64,000 nt of DNA from a bacterium. GTDB taxonomy: Bacteria; Electryoneota; Electryoneia; Electryoneales; Electryoneaceae. The stretch lies in NCBI GenBank assembly GCA_963675295.2, contig CAXXKJ010000002.1:2080001-2144000 (forward strand), read 5' to 3'. Shown piece after piece: positions 1-9,655 of the stretch; the first letter of the stretch is position 1; each line of letters opens with the position of its first letter. The position numbers and the translations under genes are program-made. The notes under the pieces were generated by a model. That model made no database searches. It saw only the letters and a list, made by a program, of their open reading frames with translations, and was not told the origin of the DNA.

Positions 1-63
1 GCGGGATCCATGGGACTTCATCATCGCCGCGGCGGTTTGCCGTTTTCTCGGTTCGGTCGTCAT
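1..63 (-). CDS. 5' fragment of a gene running off the left edge (MTTEPRKRQTAAAMMKSHGSR...)
   Basis: ATG at 63-61 overlaps the TGA of the 60..389 ORF (ATGA coupling); frame open to the edge; too short to name. Confidence 0.5.
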   Translation of the reverse strand, partial: MTTEPRKRQTAAAMMKSHGSR

Positions 64-389
64 GCGTCGCTGTCTTCTTCCGCTGGTGGGTTCAACCAAT
101 AGGGTTTGACTTCGCTAAGCTGTTTCTCGCAGAGGTCGAAGGAACTGGCGTCGATGAACAGGAACGATCCGCCCGCTCGCGCCACGACCACCCCGCCTTC
201 GTCCATCTCGCGCACGTCAACATTACAACGCCGCATCCACGCAAGAAAACCGTCTTCCGCTTCGACGACCGTCGGGTCGAGATCGAGGATCGCGATCCAA
301 TGGGCGAGGTCACGGTAGGAAGCCGCCCGCAACAGGCTCGGGTCTAGCTTCTCTTTTTTCTGCTTCGGATCGGGTTCGCCCTTGATCAC
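60..389 (-). CDS. hypothetical protein (109 aa)
   Basis: Overlaps both neighbours by 4 nt; no recognisable motif. Confidence 0.6.
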   Translation of the reverse strand: MIKGEPDPKQKKEKLDPSLLRAASYRDLAHWIAILDLDPTVVEAEDGFLAWMRRCNVDVREMDEGGVVVARAGGSFLFIDASSFDLCEKQLSEVKPYWLNPPAEEDSDA

Positions 390-1345
390 GAGTCGCCCTC
401 CCCGGCGTATTCGAGCACCGCTGCCGCGAGCAATGGAATCATGATTTCGTGATGGCCGGTGATGGCGTACCCCTTGCCGCCGGGCATGACGGGACGCTGC
501 ACCACGTTGACCGTGGGACGGTAATGCTGCAGCATGTCGAAGTTGGCAGTGGTGAAGTTGACGACCTCATGCCCGAGGTTGCGCGCGACCGCGATCGCTT
601 TCAGGAACACTTCCGGCATCACCACCGAGCTGCCGAGGTTGAGCACCACGCCGCCGTTGCCCAGCTGGGCGACGGTTGCAGTGTAGATGCGGAAATCGTG
701 CAGGCTTGCGGTGCCTATCGCGGCGCCGTCGGCGGTCGGGTGCTGGTGCACGATGTCGGTGCCGAGCGCGACGTGCAGCGTATATGGAACCTTCTCCTCG
801 TAACACTTGGCGAGCAGCGCACGGTCAAGGTGCGGCGCGTTTTCCGCGATCAGCAACATGCCGACCGCTTCGCCGAAGCCGAGATTGTCCGCTGCGGCGC
901 GTTTCGCGGCTTCATTGACCAGCGCGGCGGTGTCTGCGGCCATCCCGAACGAGCCGTCGGTGAGCTGCTCGGCGACTTCCTCGGAGGTGTGGCCGAAGCG
1001 GGCGAGTTCGGTATCATGGATCGCGGCGGAGCCGTTGGACGCGAGGTGCGTGATGAATCCGCGCTGCACGAGGTCGATCAGGATCGGCGCGCAGCCGGTT
1101 TTGATCACATGCCCGCCGATCATCGCGATCACCGGTTTGTTCGCGGATTTGGCGGCGACGATAGCGCGTGCGACCGCTTTCAGGTCGGCAGCCTTGAGGA
1201 TGTTGGGCAATCCGTCCAGCCAGTCGCGCACGCTCATCCCGGCGCGCGGCGGGAAGGCTTCCATTTTCGTCGCGACCTTGGACTGCCGGTCGCTGGCGGA
1301 GTAGGTGCGCAGCTTGCCGAGGTCGATCTCGGGGTAACGGCTCAT
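386..1345 (-). CDS. conserved hypothetical protein, deoxyhypusine-synthase-like fold
   Basis: GGHVIKTG, SNGSAAIHD, GSSVVMPEVFLKA and GHHEIMIP segments resemble DHS-like proteins. Confidence 0.6.
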   Translation of the reverse strand: MSRYPEIDLGKLRTYSASDRQSKVATKMEAFPPRAGMSVRDWLDGLPNILKAADLKAVARAIVAAKSANKPVIAMIGGHVIKTGCAPILIDLVQRGFITHLASNGSAAIHDTELARFGHTSEEVAEQLTDGSFGMAADTAALVNEAAKRAAADNLGFGEAVGMLLIAENAPHLDRALLAKCYEEKVPYTLHVALGTDIVHQHPTADGAAIGTASLHDFRIYTATVAQLGNGGVVLNLGSSVVMPEVFLKAIAVARNLGHEVVNFTTANFDMLQHYRPTVNVVQRPVMPGGKGYAITGHHEIMIPLLAAAVLEYAGEGDS

Positions 1346-1411
1346 GCGGTTCCTCGCTGTTTGCTGGCGGCAAGGTACGCATGGGGGAGGGTTGAGACGA
1401 GCGGGGTGGAG

Positions 1412-1450
1412 AAAAACTACCGCCGATTGGTATTACCCAACCGGCGGTAT
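1412..1450 (-). terminator. intrinsic terminator
   Basis: Minus strand TACCGCCGGTTGG-GTAATA-CCAATCGGCGGTA followed by GTTTTT. Confidence 0.7.
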
Positions 1451-1714
1451 CCCCTGGCCTACCGACCGAAGACGGAGCCCTTGCTCACAATCCACGCTCT
1501 TGGGGACCGATCCACCCAACGCGTTCGTAAGCAAACTTAATGTCAATCAGTGCGGTACCTCCGCTGCTGATGGCTTACGTCGTCGTTTGTCATGGATCAC
1601 GATTGTCGAGGGCGTTGCGTTGATGGGTTTGTATCGTTGTCCACCCGTCATGGTCAACGTAACAAGGGTTCCCCTCGTGTGCGTTGCCCTCAACTCATCG
1701 CTTGTCCTACCCTT

Positions 1715-1741
1715 TCTTCGGCAAACAGGCAGGGATCTTTA
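1715..1741 (-). promoter_or_regulatory. sigma-28 (FliA)-like promoter
   Basis: Minus strand TAAA-GATCCCTGCCTGTTT(15 nt)-GCCGAAGA versus consensus TAAA-N15-GCCGATAA. Confidence 0.5.
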
Positions 1742-1909
1742 GCGGTTTTGGTAGCTTCGACTCCTCGTAACATCAAAGAAAACTTAGAGTTTCACTCGAG
1801 TCTGGCGGAAAAATTAAAGTGACTCCGGATTTTTTGCAATCGGTGCTTTAAGTTTTTCTCAGGAAGCTGTTGACGTGAATTTTCTGCGGGGAGAGACGGA
1901 GGACTCTCG

Positions 1910-1944
1910 TGAGCGATGAGCCGTGAGCAATGAGCGGTGAGCAA
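1910..1944 (+). repeat. heptamer tandem array TGAGCNN x5
   Basis: tgagcga tgagccg tgagcaa tgagcgg tgagcaa. Confidence 0.8.
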
Positions 1945-2153
1945 CTGAAAAACCGCCGTCGCAGAAGACGTCAGACCTACCGCCGCCCGGCGACCGCCGT
2001 TTGACCACAACCTCCTGAGTTCAGATTGCTCAAATCCCGCACTCAGGTTGCGGGCGGGACAGGGGTGCTGTACTTTTGCGGGTCGCTGGATGGAACGTGC
2101 CGGTAACGGATGGTCGTTGCCCGTAGATCGAGCCTGTAGATAGAGAGAGACTG

Positions 2154-3437
2154 ATGGCCAACTTGTACGATGTGCTGAAGGAACGTGGTTTCGTTGAGCA
2201 ATGCACGGACGAAGACGGTGTGCGCGACTGGTTGAACACGCCGGGCCGTGCGGTCTATGTCGGGTTCGATCCGACGGCGGACAGCCTGCACTTGGGTAGC
2301 ATGATCCCGCTACTCGGGTTGGTGCATGTGCAGCTCGCGGGTCACAAGGCGCTGGCGATTGCCGGCGGTGCGACGGGCATGGTTGGCGATCCCTCCGGTA
2401 AGTCCAGCGAACGCTCGTTTCTCAATGAAGAAGATCTTGCGCACAACCTCGAGGGCATCAAGCGGCAACTGGCGCAGTTCCTCGACCTTGAGGATTCCGA
2501 CAAGGCTCCCGGTGCGAAGGTGTTGAACAACGCCGACTGGACGGTCAACATCAGCCTGATCGAATGGTTGCGTGGGATCGGCAAGATGGTCACGGTCAAC
2601 ACGATGATGGCGAAGGAAAGTGTCAAGCGCCGTCTCGAGGATCACGACCAGGGCCTGAGCTACACCGAGTTCACGTACATGCTGCTGCAGGCATGGGACT
2701 TCGTCTACCTCTATGAAACCGAGGGCTGCCAGGTGCAGATGGGCGGCTCGGACCAGTGGGGCAACATCACCACCGGCATCGACCTCATCCGCCGGCGTGG
2801 TGGGGAGCAGGGCTACGGGATCACGTTCCCATTACTGACCACGGCAAGCGGTGCGAAGTTCGGCAAGTCGGAGGGCAACGCGATCTGGCTCGACCCGCAA
2901 CGGACCAGCGTATGGGATTTTTATCAGTACCTGATCCGCACGGACGACCGCGACGTGATCAAGCACCTGAAGCTTTTCACGTTCCTCCCATTGTCGGAGA
3001 TCGCCGAACTGGAGAAGCAGCACGAAGAAAATCCGGGTGCCCGTGTCGCGCACAAGCGGCTGGCGTGGGAGGTGACGGCGTTGGTTCATGGTAGCGTGCA
3101 GGCGGACCGGATGGTCGCCGGTGCGGAGGCGTTGTACGCCGGCCGGTTGGACGAACTGGACGCTGATCTGATCCACCAGGTGTTCAAGGAAGGACCGACA
3201 TTTGAGCTGTCCCGCCAGCAGTTGGTGGACGGAGTCGAGTTGATTGATCTGGTGGCGGAGAGCGGATTGCTGAAGAGCAAGGGCGAGGCTCGCCGAATGT
3301 TGAAGCAGAATGCGCTGTATGTCAACGACCAGCGGGCTTCAGACGGCCGGGTTGTCAATGAGAATGACCTGTTGCCGAGTGGAGTTGTTGTGCTGCGCAA
3401 GGGAAAACGGGACTACCTGTTGGTGAAGATTGTGTAA
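2154..3437 (+). CDS. tyrS: tyrosine--tRNA ligase
   Basis: YVGFDPTADSLHLGS (HIGH), QMGGSDQWGNI, KFGKS (KMSKS), C-terminal S4-like domain. Confidence 0.97.
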   Translation: MANLYDVLKERGFVEQCTDEDGVRDWLNTPGRAVYVGFDPTADSLHLGSMIPLLGLVHVQLAGHKALAIAGGATGMVGDPSGKSSERSFLNEEDLAHNLEGIKRQLAQFLDLEDSDKAPGAKVLNNADWTVNISLIEWLRGIGKMVTVNTMMAKESVKRRLEDHDQGLSYTEFTYMLLQAWDFVYLYETEGCQVQMGGSDQWGNITTGIDLIRRRGGEQGYGITFPLLTTASGAKFGKSEGNAIWLDPQRTSVWDFYQYLIRTDDRDVIKHLKLFTFLPLSEIAELEKQHEENPGARVAHKRLAWEVTALVHGSVQADRMVAGAEALYAGRLDELDADLIHQVFKEGPTFELSRQQLVDGVELIDLVAESGLLKSKGEARRMLKQNALYVNDQRASDGRVVNENDLLPSGVVVLRKGKRDYLLVKIV

Positions 3438-3473
3438 GGGCGTGCGGGTTAGCTCGCATGGCTCAACGCAGTC

Positions 3474-3502
3474 TTGACAGATTGCCGGTCCGCAGCTATC
3501 TT
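3474..3502 (+). promoter_or_regulatory. sigma-70-type promoter upstream of the spoVG leader
   Basis: TTGACA-17 nt-TATCTT. Confidence 0.6.
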
Positions 3503-3861
3503 CACAACTCGTGTCAATTCCGGGAATTGCCGTCCCGGAATTGTTATTTGCAGATGCAAGTGATCGTCTCGAGCCCGCGTGGTTGGTGTGTTTTTCCATG
3601 CCTGGATGGGCTCGTTTGCTTTGCACATGGGGATGGAAACTCGTACCTTGCGCAGGATAAGCCGGGAGGGGGGTAGTAAGCCACATGGCGACCCGGCGCA
3701 TGGGACAGCGATCCGTCACGGCTTAGGGGTAGGCCGGTCGGCGAAGAGCATCGTGCCATCCACAGTCAAACCTGGTGGTCCGCGTGCTGCTGGCAGTATG
3801 GCGGAAAGTACGCTGAACACGGTTCACTGTATGCCGGTGGACGGTGTTCAAGGGGAGTTCA

Positions 3862-4155
3862 ATGAGAATTACTGAGATTAACATCAACTTGCGGGATGAA
3901 GACAAGCTGAAAGCGTTTGTCAACATCACGTTTGATGATGTGTTCGTCGTCCGTGGGCTGAAGATTATTGAAGGCGGGCAGGGTTTGTTTGTCTGCATGC
4001 CTTCGCGGAAACTGGTTGATGGGACGTACAAGGACATCGCACATCCAATCGACAATGATTTCCGCAATGACATTGAGAACAAGATTCTCGAGGTGTACGG
4101 GCGGCTGCGCGATCAGAACATGTCGGGCATGCACCGGGTTCTGGACATTCCGTAG
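3862..4155 (+). CDS. spoVG: SpoVG family nucleic-acid-binding regulator
   Basis: MRITEINI..KLKAFVNITFDDVFVVRGLKII..GLFVCMPSRK..YKDIAHPI; SD AGGGGAG upstream. Confidence 0.93.
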   Translation: MRITEININLRDEDKLKAFVNITFDDVFVVRGLKIIEGGQGLFVCMPSRKLVDGTYKDIAHPIDNDFRNDIENKILEVYGRLRDQNMSGMHRVLDIP

Positions 4156-4254
4156 GAGATCAATTCGCGCCAGAGTTAGCGGCGTGGTTGACAGATAGAC
4201 GGCGGCGTGACGGGATTCTTGTCGTAACTGTCACAGTCACGGCTTGCCGGTCAC

Positions 4255-4327
4255 TGGGGTGTCGCCAAGTGGCTAAGGCAGCGGTTTTTGGGGCCGCCAT
4301 TCGCAGGTTCGAATCCTGCCACCCCAG
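4255..4327 (+). tRNA. tRNA-Gln(UUG)
   Basis: Acceptor TGGGGTG/CACCCCA, anticodon arm GCGGT-TTTTGGG-GCCGC, T-loop GGTTCGAATCC; CCA not encoded. Confidence 0.95.
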
Positions 4328-4342
4328 CTGGGAGATAGCGTA

Positions 4343-5293
4343 GTGATCTCGGGCATCAGTCACCAGATCAAGATCTTTACCGGCAGTGCTCATCCGGCGT
4401 TGGCACAACGGATCGCCGATTATATCGGCATCCCGATGGGCAAGGCGGAAGTAGGCCGGTTCAGTGACGGTGAGATTTCGGTCAAGATCCACGAAAACAT
4501 TCGTGGATGGGATGTGTTTATCATCCAGCCGACGTTCCCGCCGGGTGACAATCTGCTCGAGTTGTTGATTCTGCTGGATGCCTGCCGTCGCGCTTCGGCG
4601 AAGCGAATAACGGCAGTCATTCCGTACTTTGGATTTGCGCGGCAGGACCGTAAGGACGAGTCGCGCGTTCCGATCACCGCGAAATTGACGGCGAATCTGA
4701 TCACTGCCGCCGGCGCGGACCGTGTGCTGACGATGGATCTGCACAGTGCGCAGATTCAGGGCTTCTTTGATATTCCGCTGGACCACATTTACGGGTCGGC
4801 GGTGTTGATTCCGGAGTTTCAGCAGCAGCGGTTCAAGGATCTGACCGTTGTGTCGCCGGACGTTGGCGGAATCAAGCTGGCTCGTGCGTATGCCCACCGT
4901 CTTGAGGCGGAGCTGGGCATTGTTGATAAGCGCCGCATCCGTGCCAATGTGGCCGAAGCGATGAATGTGCTCGGACCGGTTGAGGGACGGACGTGTCTGC
5001 TTGTGGACGATATGGTGGACACGGCTGGCACTCTCTGCGAGGCGTCTCGCGCCTTGAAAGATGCAGGTGCGGAGCGCATCTTCGCGGCATGTGTACATCC
5101 GATGTTAAGCGGGCCGGCTCTGGAACGGTTGAAGAGTAGCCCGATAGAAAAGCTGTTTGTGTTGGATACGATCCCGAAGCGTGACGATCAGGCCGGACAG
5201 GACTGGATCGAACGATTGGGAGTTGAGGAAGTGTTCGCGGAAGCGATTTTGCGCATTTACCGCGAAGAATCGATCAGCAGTTTGTTCGTTTGA
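4343..5293 (+). CDS. prs: ribose-phosphate pyrophosphokinase
   Basis: FSDGEI, PYFGFARQDRK, VVSPDVGG, DDMVDTAGT. Confidence 0.97.
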   Translation: MISGISHQIKIFTGSAHPALAQRIADYIGIPMGKAEVGRFSDGEISVKIHENIRGWDVFIIQPTFPPGDNLLELLILLDACRRASAKRITAVIPYFGFARQDRKDESRVPITAKLTANLITAAGADRVLTMDLHSAQIQGFFDIPLDHIYGSAVLIPEFQQQRFKDLTVVSPDVGGIKLARAYAHRLEAELGIVDKRRIRANVAEAMNVLGPVEGRTCLLVDDMVDTAGTLCEASRALKDAGAERIFAACVHPMLSGPALERLKSSPIEKLFVLDTIPKRDDQAGQDWIERLGVEEVFAEAILRIYREESISSLFV

Positions 5294-5306
5294 GAGGAAG
5301 TTAGAC

Positions 5307-5999
5307 GTGGCTGAAACCCAGATTACAACCCTTGCAGCGCATCTTCGCGAATCGCGCGGCAAGCAGGCGGCGAAGCACATGCGGCAGGATGGGCGTGTGC
5401 CGGCCGTACTTTATCATGCCAACGATGACAAGACGGTCACGTCGATCGCCTTGGATTTCGACGAAAAAGACATCCGCAACCTGGTTGCTCATCGTACAAC
5501 CTTGCTCAGCGTCAGCTGGGGCGAGAGCGACGATGAGTCCCGTGAGTGCATCCTGCGTGAGGTGCAGCGTCACCCGGTAACGCAGATTCCGATGCACCTC
5601 GACCTGCTGGGGATCAAGCGCGGTGTGAAGATGGATTCCACGGTGCGTATCGTTCTGGAAGGTACCCCGGTTGGTGTCAAGGACGAGGGTGGTATCCTCC
5701 AGCAGATCATGTACGAGTTCAACATCTCCTGTCTGCCGCGACACCTGCTCAATGAGTTCGTGATCGACGTGTCGGAGATGAAGCTCGGCGACTCGCTGCA
5801 CGTTTCGGATATTGAGATCGAAGACATCGAGATTAACGACGACCCGGCGCGTACGATCGTGACTGTTGTGATGCCGCGTGTCATCGAAGAGCCGACCGAT
5901 GCGGAAGAGGAAGGCGAAGAAGGTGAAGCCGCTGAAGGTGAAGAGGGTGAAGGCGGCGAAGACGGAGCCGAGGGTGGTTCCGAAGGAGACGAGGAGTAA
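5307..5999 (+). CDS. rplY: 50S ribosomal protein L25/Ctc with acidic tail
   Basis: GKQAAKHMRQDGRVPAVLY, EVQRHPV, GVKDEGG; GTG start after GAGAGG. Confidence 0.93.
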   Translation: MAETQITTLAAHLRESRGKQAAKHMRQDGRVPAVLYHANDDKTVTSIALDFDEKDIRNLVAHRTTLLSVSWGESDDESRECILREVQRHPVTQIPMHLDLLGIKRGVKMDSTVRIVLEGTPVGVKDEGGILQQIMYEFNISCLPRHLLNEFVIDVSEMKLGDSLHVSDIEIEDIEINDDPARTIVTVVMPRVIEEPTDAEEEGEEGEAAEGEEGEGGEDGAEGGSEGDEE

Positions 6000-6002
6000 C
6001 TT

Positions 6003-6626
6003 GTGGATACGCGTCTCGTGGTCGGGCTGGGGAATCCGGGTCCAGAATATGAGACGACGTGGCACAACCTCGGTTTCCACGCACTCCGCAAGCTGGCGAA
6101 GCAGCTGAAGACCAGCTTCCGGATGGCTGATGAAGCGTTAATTGCCCAGGCGAATTTCGCCCGGATGGATGTTCGGCTGCTGTTGCCGCAAACGTACATG
6201 AACCTGAGTGGCAGGCCTGTACAGCGGTTGGCAAAGAAGCTGAACCTTGACTATGAGGAGATTCTGGTCGTGTATGACGACCACGATCTTCCTCGTGGCC
6301 AGTTGCGCATGCGTGAACGTGGCGGAGACGGAGGCCATCGCGGCCTCCGCTCCGTACTTTATGAAGTCGCTAGTGAAGAAATACCACGATTACGCGTAGG
6401 AATTCGTGACGAAAATCTCGATCCCGGTGTTGGGGGGTACGAAGATCTCGCGGATCGAGTGCTCGATGAGCTGACAGAGAACGAACTTACGCATATGGAT
6501 GCGATGGCGGATGCCGCTGCGGCGGCTGCTCGCGACTGGTTGGTTCTTGGTGCAAAACGAGCGATGAACATACACAACCGCAAACGTGTACCCGCCCCGG
6601 ATCAGGGCGAGGATACACAGCCATAG
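6003..6626 (+). CDS. pth: peptidyl-tRNA hydrolase
   Basis: LVVGLGNPG..HNLGF, TYMNLSG, GGDGGHRG; prs-rplY-pth order. Confidence 0.95.
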   Translation: MDTRLVVGLGNPGPEYETTWHNLGFHALRKLAKQLKTSFRMADEALIAQANFARMDVRLLLPQTYMNLSGRPVQRLAKKLNLDYEEILVVYDDHDLPRGQLRMRERGGDGGHRGLRSVLYEVASEEIPRLRVGIRDENLDPGVGGYEDLADRVLDELTENELTHMDAMADAAAAAARDWLVLGAKRAMNIHNRKRVPAPDQGEDTQP

Positions 6627-6708
6627 TGTGAGTATTGGGAGAGGGATGAACCTCGGTGACCCCGGCGGGTTCAATCCTTAGGTTGGCTAACGGAGGGGGT
6701 GCAGGAAA

Positions 6709-8916
6709 ATGGAGATGAACGGCATCATCTGGCTGCTGCCCGCGATGGGTGTCATCGGATTGATCTTTGCTGCCATCAAATCCGGTTGGGTGAAGAAGCA
6801 GGACCCGGGCACGGAGTACATGGTTGAGATCGGTTCTCACATTCGTGAAGGCGCCATGGCGTTCCTCGGACGTGAGTATCGTGTGCTCGCGATCTTCGTG
6901 GTCCTTGTGGCCATTCTGCTTGCGATTGCGAACATGAGCAAGGCAGAATCGTCCTGGTTGATCGCGGTTTCATTCGTTGTCGGTGCGTTCTGCAGCGCGC
7001 TCGCCGGTTATTTCGGCATGCGTGTGGCGACACTGGCGAACGTGCGTACGGCCAGCGCGGCGCGTAGCGGCCTGAACAAGGCGCTCGCGGTTGCGTTCTC
7101 TGGCGGTACGGTGATGGGCATGAACGTGGTCGGTCTCGGTGTGCTTGGCATCGGCCTGCTGTTCATTGTCTACGCGCTGTATTTCGCTGGTTTCGACAGT
7201 GCATCGAACCTCGCGCGTACGTTGCAGGTCCTGTCCGGTTTCTCGATGGGCGCCTCATCGATCGCGTTGTTCGCGCGTGTCGGCGGCGGGATTTACACCA
7301 AGGCCGCGGATGTTGGCGCGGACCTGGTCGGTAAGGTTGAAGCGGGCATTCCGGAAGACGATCCGCGCAACCCGGCGACCATCGCGGACAACGTTGGTGA
7401 CAACGTGGGCGACGTGGCCGGCATGGGCGCCGACCTCTTCGAATCGTTCGTCGGTTCGATCATCTCCGCGATGATCATCGGCGCGACGGCGTGGGTGACC
7501 GCGGCGGACGCGCAGGCGGCGATGAACCTGGTGCTGCTGCCGCTGTTGTTGGCGGGTGTCGGCATCATCGTGTCGATCGTCGGCACGTTCTTCGTCCGCA
7601 CGAAGGAAGGTGGCAACCCGCAGGCGGCGTTGAACATCGGCACCTTCGGCGCGGCCGGGATCATGGTTGTCGTCAGCTGGTTCATCATTGATTTCTTCGT
7701 CCCGGATTCAGTCATGATCGGCGCGACCGAGATGACTGCGCTGGGCATCTTCGTTGCGACCATCGTCGGCCTCGCGGCGGGTGTCGCGATTGGTATGATC
7801 ACGGAGTTCTACACCGCGAAAGACAAGGGTCCGGTGCTGAACATTTCGGACCAGTCGTTGACCGGTCCGGCGACGAACATCATCGCGGGTCTGGCGACGG
7901 GTATGAAGTCGACCCTGTGGCCGCTGCTGGTGCTTGCTGTCGCGATCATCATGGCGTACGAGTTTGCCGGCCTGTATGGTATTGCCATCGCGGCGCTCGG
8001 CATGCTGTCCACCACCGGTATTCAGCTCGCGGTTGACGCGTACGGCCCGGTTGCGGACAACGCCGGTGGTATCGCGGAAATGGCGGAGCTGCCGCACGAA
8101 GTTCGTGAACGTACAGACAACCTGGACGCCGTCGGCAACACGACGGCCGCCATCGGCAAGGGCTTCGCAATCGGTTCGGCCGCGTTGACAGCCCTCGCCC
8201 TGTTCAGCGCATTCACTACCGTGATCAACGCAAAATTCCCGGAAACTCAGTTCACGATCGACATTCTCGATCCGTGGGTGATGGCCGGTATGTTTGTCGG
8301 CGGCATGCTGCCGTTCCTGTTCAGCAGCTTCGCGATGGCCGCTGTCGGTAAGGCCGCGAAGGACATGATCGAAGAAGTCCGCCGTCAGTTCACCTCGATC
8401 CCAGAGCTCAAGGCTGCTTTGGCCGTGATGAAAGTGAAGCCGGAACGCGACGACTGGGACGAGAAGGATCAGAAGATCATCGACGCCGCGCGTGGCAAGG
8501 CTGAATACGCGAAGTGCGTGGACATTTCCACCGCCGCCGCGATTCGCCAGATGGTCATGCCGGGCATGGTCGCGATCCTGACCCCGCCGATCGTTGGTTT
8601 CGTTTTCGGCGCGCAGATGCTCGGCGGTCTGTTGGCTGGTGTGACGGTTTCCGGTGTGTTGATGGCGATCTTCCAGTCCAACGCCGGTGGTGCGTGGGAC
8701 AATGCCAAGAAGCAGATCGAAGGCGGCTTCAAGGGTTCGGATGGTCAGATGTACGGCAAGGGTTCTGAGCCGCACAAGGCAGCCGTCGTGGGTGACACGG
8801 TCGGCGACCCGTTCAAGGATACGTCTGGTCCGTCGCTGAACATCCTCATCAAGCTGATGTCGGTGGTCAGCCTCGTGATCGCCCCGCTGTTGACGCTCGG
8901 CGGTTTCTTCCGCTAA
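6709..8916 (+). CDS. hppA: membrane-integral ion-translocating pyrophosphatase, K+-dependent type
   Basis: [35 protein letters not shown] (Ala marks K+ dependence), [10 protein letters not shown]. Confidence 0.96.
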   Translation: MEMNGIIWLLPAMGVIGLIFAAIKSGWVKKQDPGTEYMVEIGSHIREGAMAFLGREYRVLAIFVVLVAILLAIANMSKAESSWLIAVSFVVGAFCSALAGYFGMRVATLANVRTASAARSGLNKALAVAFSGGTVMGMNVVGLGVLGIGLLFIVYALYFAGFDSASNLARTLQVLSGFSMGASSIALFARVGGGIYTKAADVGADLVGKVEAGIPEDDPRNPATIADNVGDNVGDVAGMGADLFESFVGSIISAMIIGATAWVTAADAQAAMNLVLLPLLLAGVGIIVSIVGTFFVRTKEGGNPQAALNIGTFGAAGIMVVVSWFIIDFFVPDSVMIGATEMTALGIFVATIVGLAAGVAIGMITEFYTAKDKGPVLNISDQSLTGPATNIIAGLATGMKSTLWPLLVLAVAIIMAYEFAGLYGIAIAALGMLSTTGIQLAVDAYGPVADNAGGIAEMAELPHEVRERTDNLDAVGNTTAAIGKGFAIGSAALTALALFSAFTTVINAKFPETQFTIDILDPWVMAGMFVGGMLPFLFSSFAMAAVGKAAKDMIEEVRRQFTSIPELKAALAVMKVKPERDDWDEKDQKIIDAARGKAEYAKCVDISTAAAIRQMVMPGMVAILTPPIVGFVFGAQMLGGLLAGVTVSGVLMAIFQSNAGGAWDNAKKQIEGGFKGSDGQMYGKGSEPHKAAVVGDTVGDPFKDTSGPSLNILIKLMSVVSLVIAPLLTLGGFFR

Positions 8917-8944
8917 ACCTCACGGCAGGATTTGCAGGAATTCC

Positions 8945-8982
8945 ACAGGGACCGTTCATTCGAGCGGTCCCTGTATTGTTTT
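8945..8982 (+). terminator. hairpin/terminator after hppA
   Basis: ACAGGGACCGTTC-ATTC-GAGCGGTCCCTGT then ATTGTTTT. Confidence 0.55.
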
Positions 8983-8998
8983 CACCTGGAGATGGCGG

Positions 8999-9655
8999 AT
9001 GATTCAGCGCCAGGCATACATCGACGAGGCCAACCGTGACCGCAAGGTCGCGAAGTGGCTTGAGGGAATCCATCCCAATGGGCGGACACGTGGCCCGGCT
9101 TTCGATATGCCTTGCGCTGCACTGCTGGTGCTCGACATGCAGCGGTATTTTCTCGACCCGGAATCGCATGCGTACGTGCCCGGTACGCCGTTGGTTCAAC
9201 GATCTGTCGAGCAATTGGCGGAGAAATTTCGAGCATCGGGCCGGCCAGTGATCTTCACCCGGCATGTGGATGACGACGCGGCGGATTCGCCGATGAGCGG
9301 CTGGTGGCAGGATTCGCTGCGTGCTAATGAGCCGCGTTCGCAGATCGAACCGTCGCTGCTCGCGGATACGGATCCGGTAATCGTCAAGCACACGTATGAC
9401 GCCTTCCATGAAACCGATCTCGAACAGCGTTTGCGCGATGCAGAGGTCAGGCAGGTGGTGGGGTGTGGCATGGTCACTCATCTGTGCTTGGAGACCACAT
9501 TACGCAGCGCTTTTTGCCGTGGATTTCATACATTTCTGCCTTTCGATGCGACCGCATCGTTTTCCGAAAGCCATCACCGTGCGACATTGTTGAACCTGTC
9601 GCATGGTTTCACGCGCATTACATCGGTATCAGACTTGTTGGAGGGATGTGCATGA
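8999..9655 (+). CDS. isochorismatase-family cysteine hydrolase
   Basis: ALLVLDMQRYF (Asp), VIVKHTYDAF (Lys), THLCLETTLRSAF (Cys). Confidence 0.88.
   Translation: MIQRQAYIDEANRDRKVAKWLEGIHPNGRTRGPAFDMPCAALLVLDMQRYFLDPESHAYVPGTPLVQRSVEQLAEKFRASGRPVIFTRHVDDDAADSPMSGWWQDSLRANEPRSQIEPSLLADTDPVIVKHTYDAFHETDLEQRLRDAEVRQVVGCGMVTHLCLETTLRSAFCRGFHTFLPFDATASFSESHHRATLLNLSHGFTRITSVSDLLEGCA

Noticed and set aside
1740-1775. tRNA/tmRNA-like TTCGACTCC motif
   Set aside because: No T-stem or acceptor stem can be formed around it.
1950-2153. T-box leader upstream of tyrS
   Set aside because: No GGTGGNACCGCG T-box sequence or terminator/antiterminator pair is visible.
6640-6700. Na+-sensing riboswitch before hppA
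   Set aside because: Only one hairpin (GGATGAACC..GGTTCAATCC) is seen; I cannot match it to a riboswitch consensus without a covariance search.
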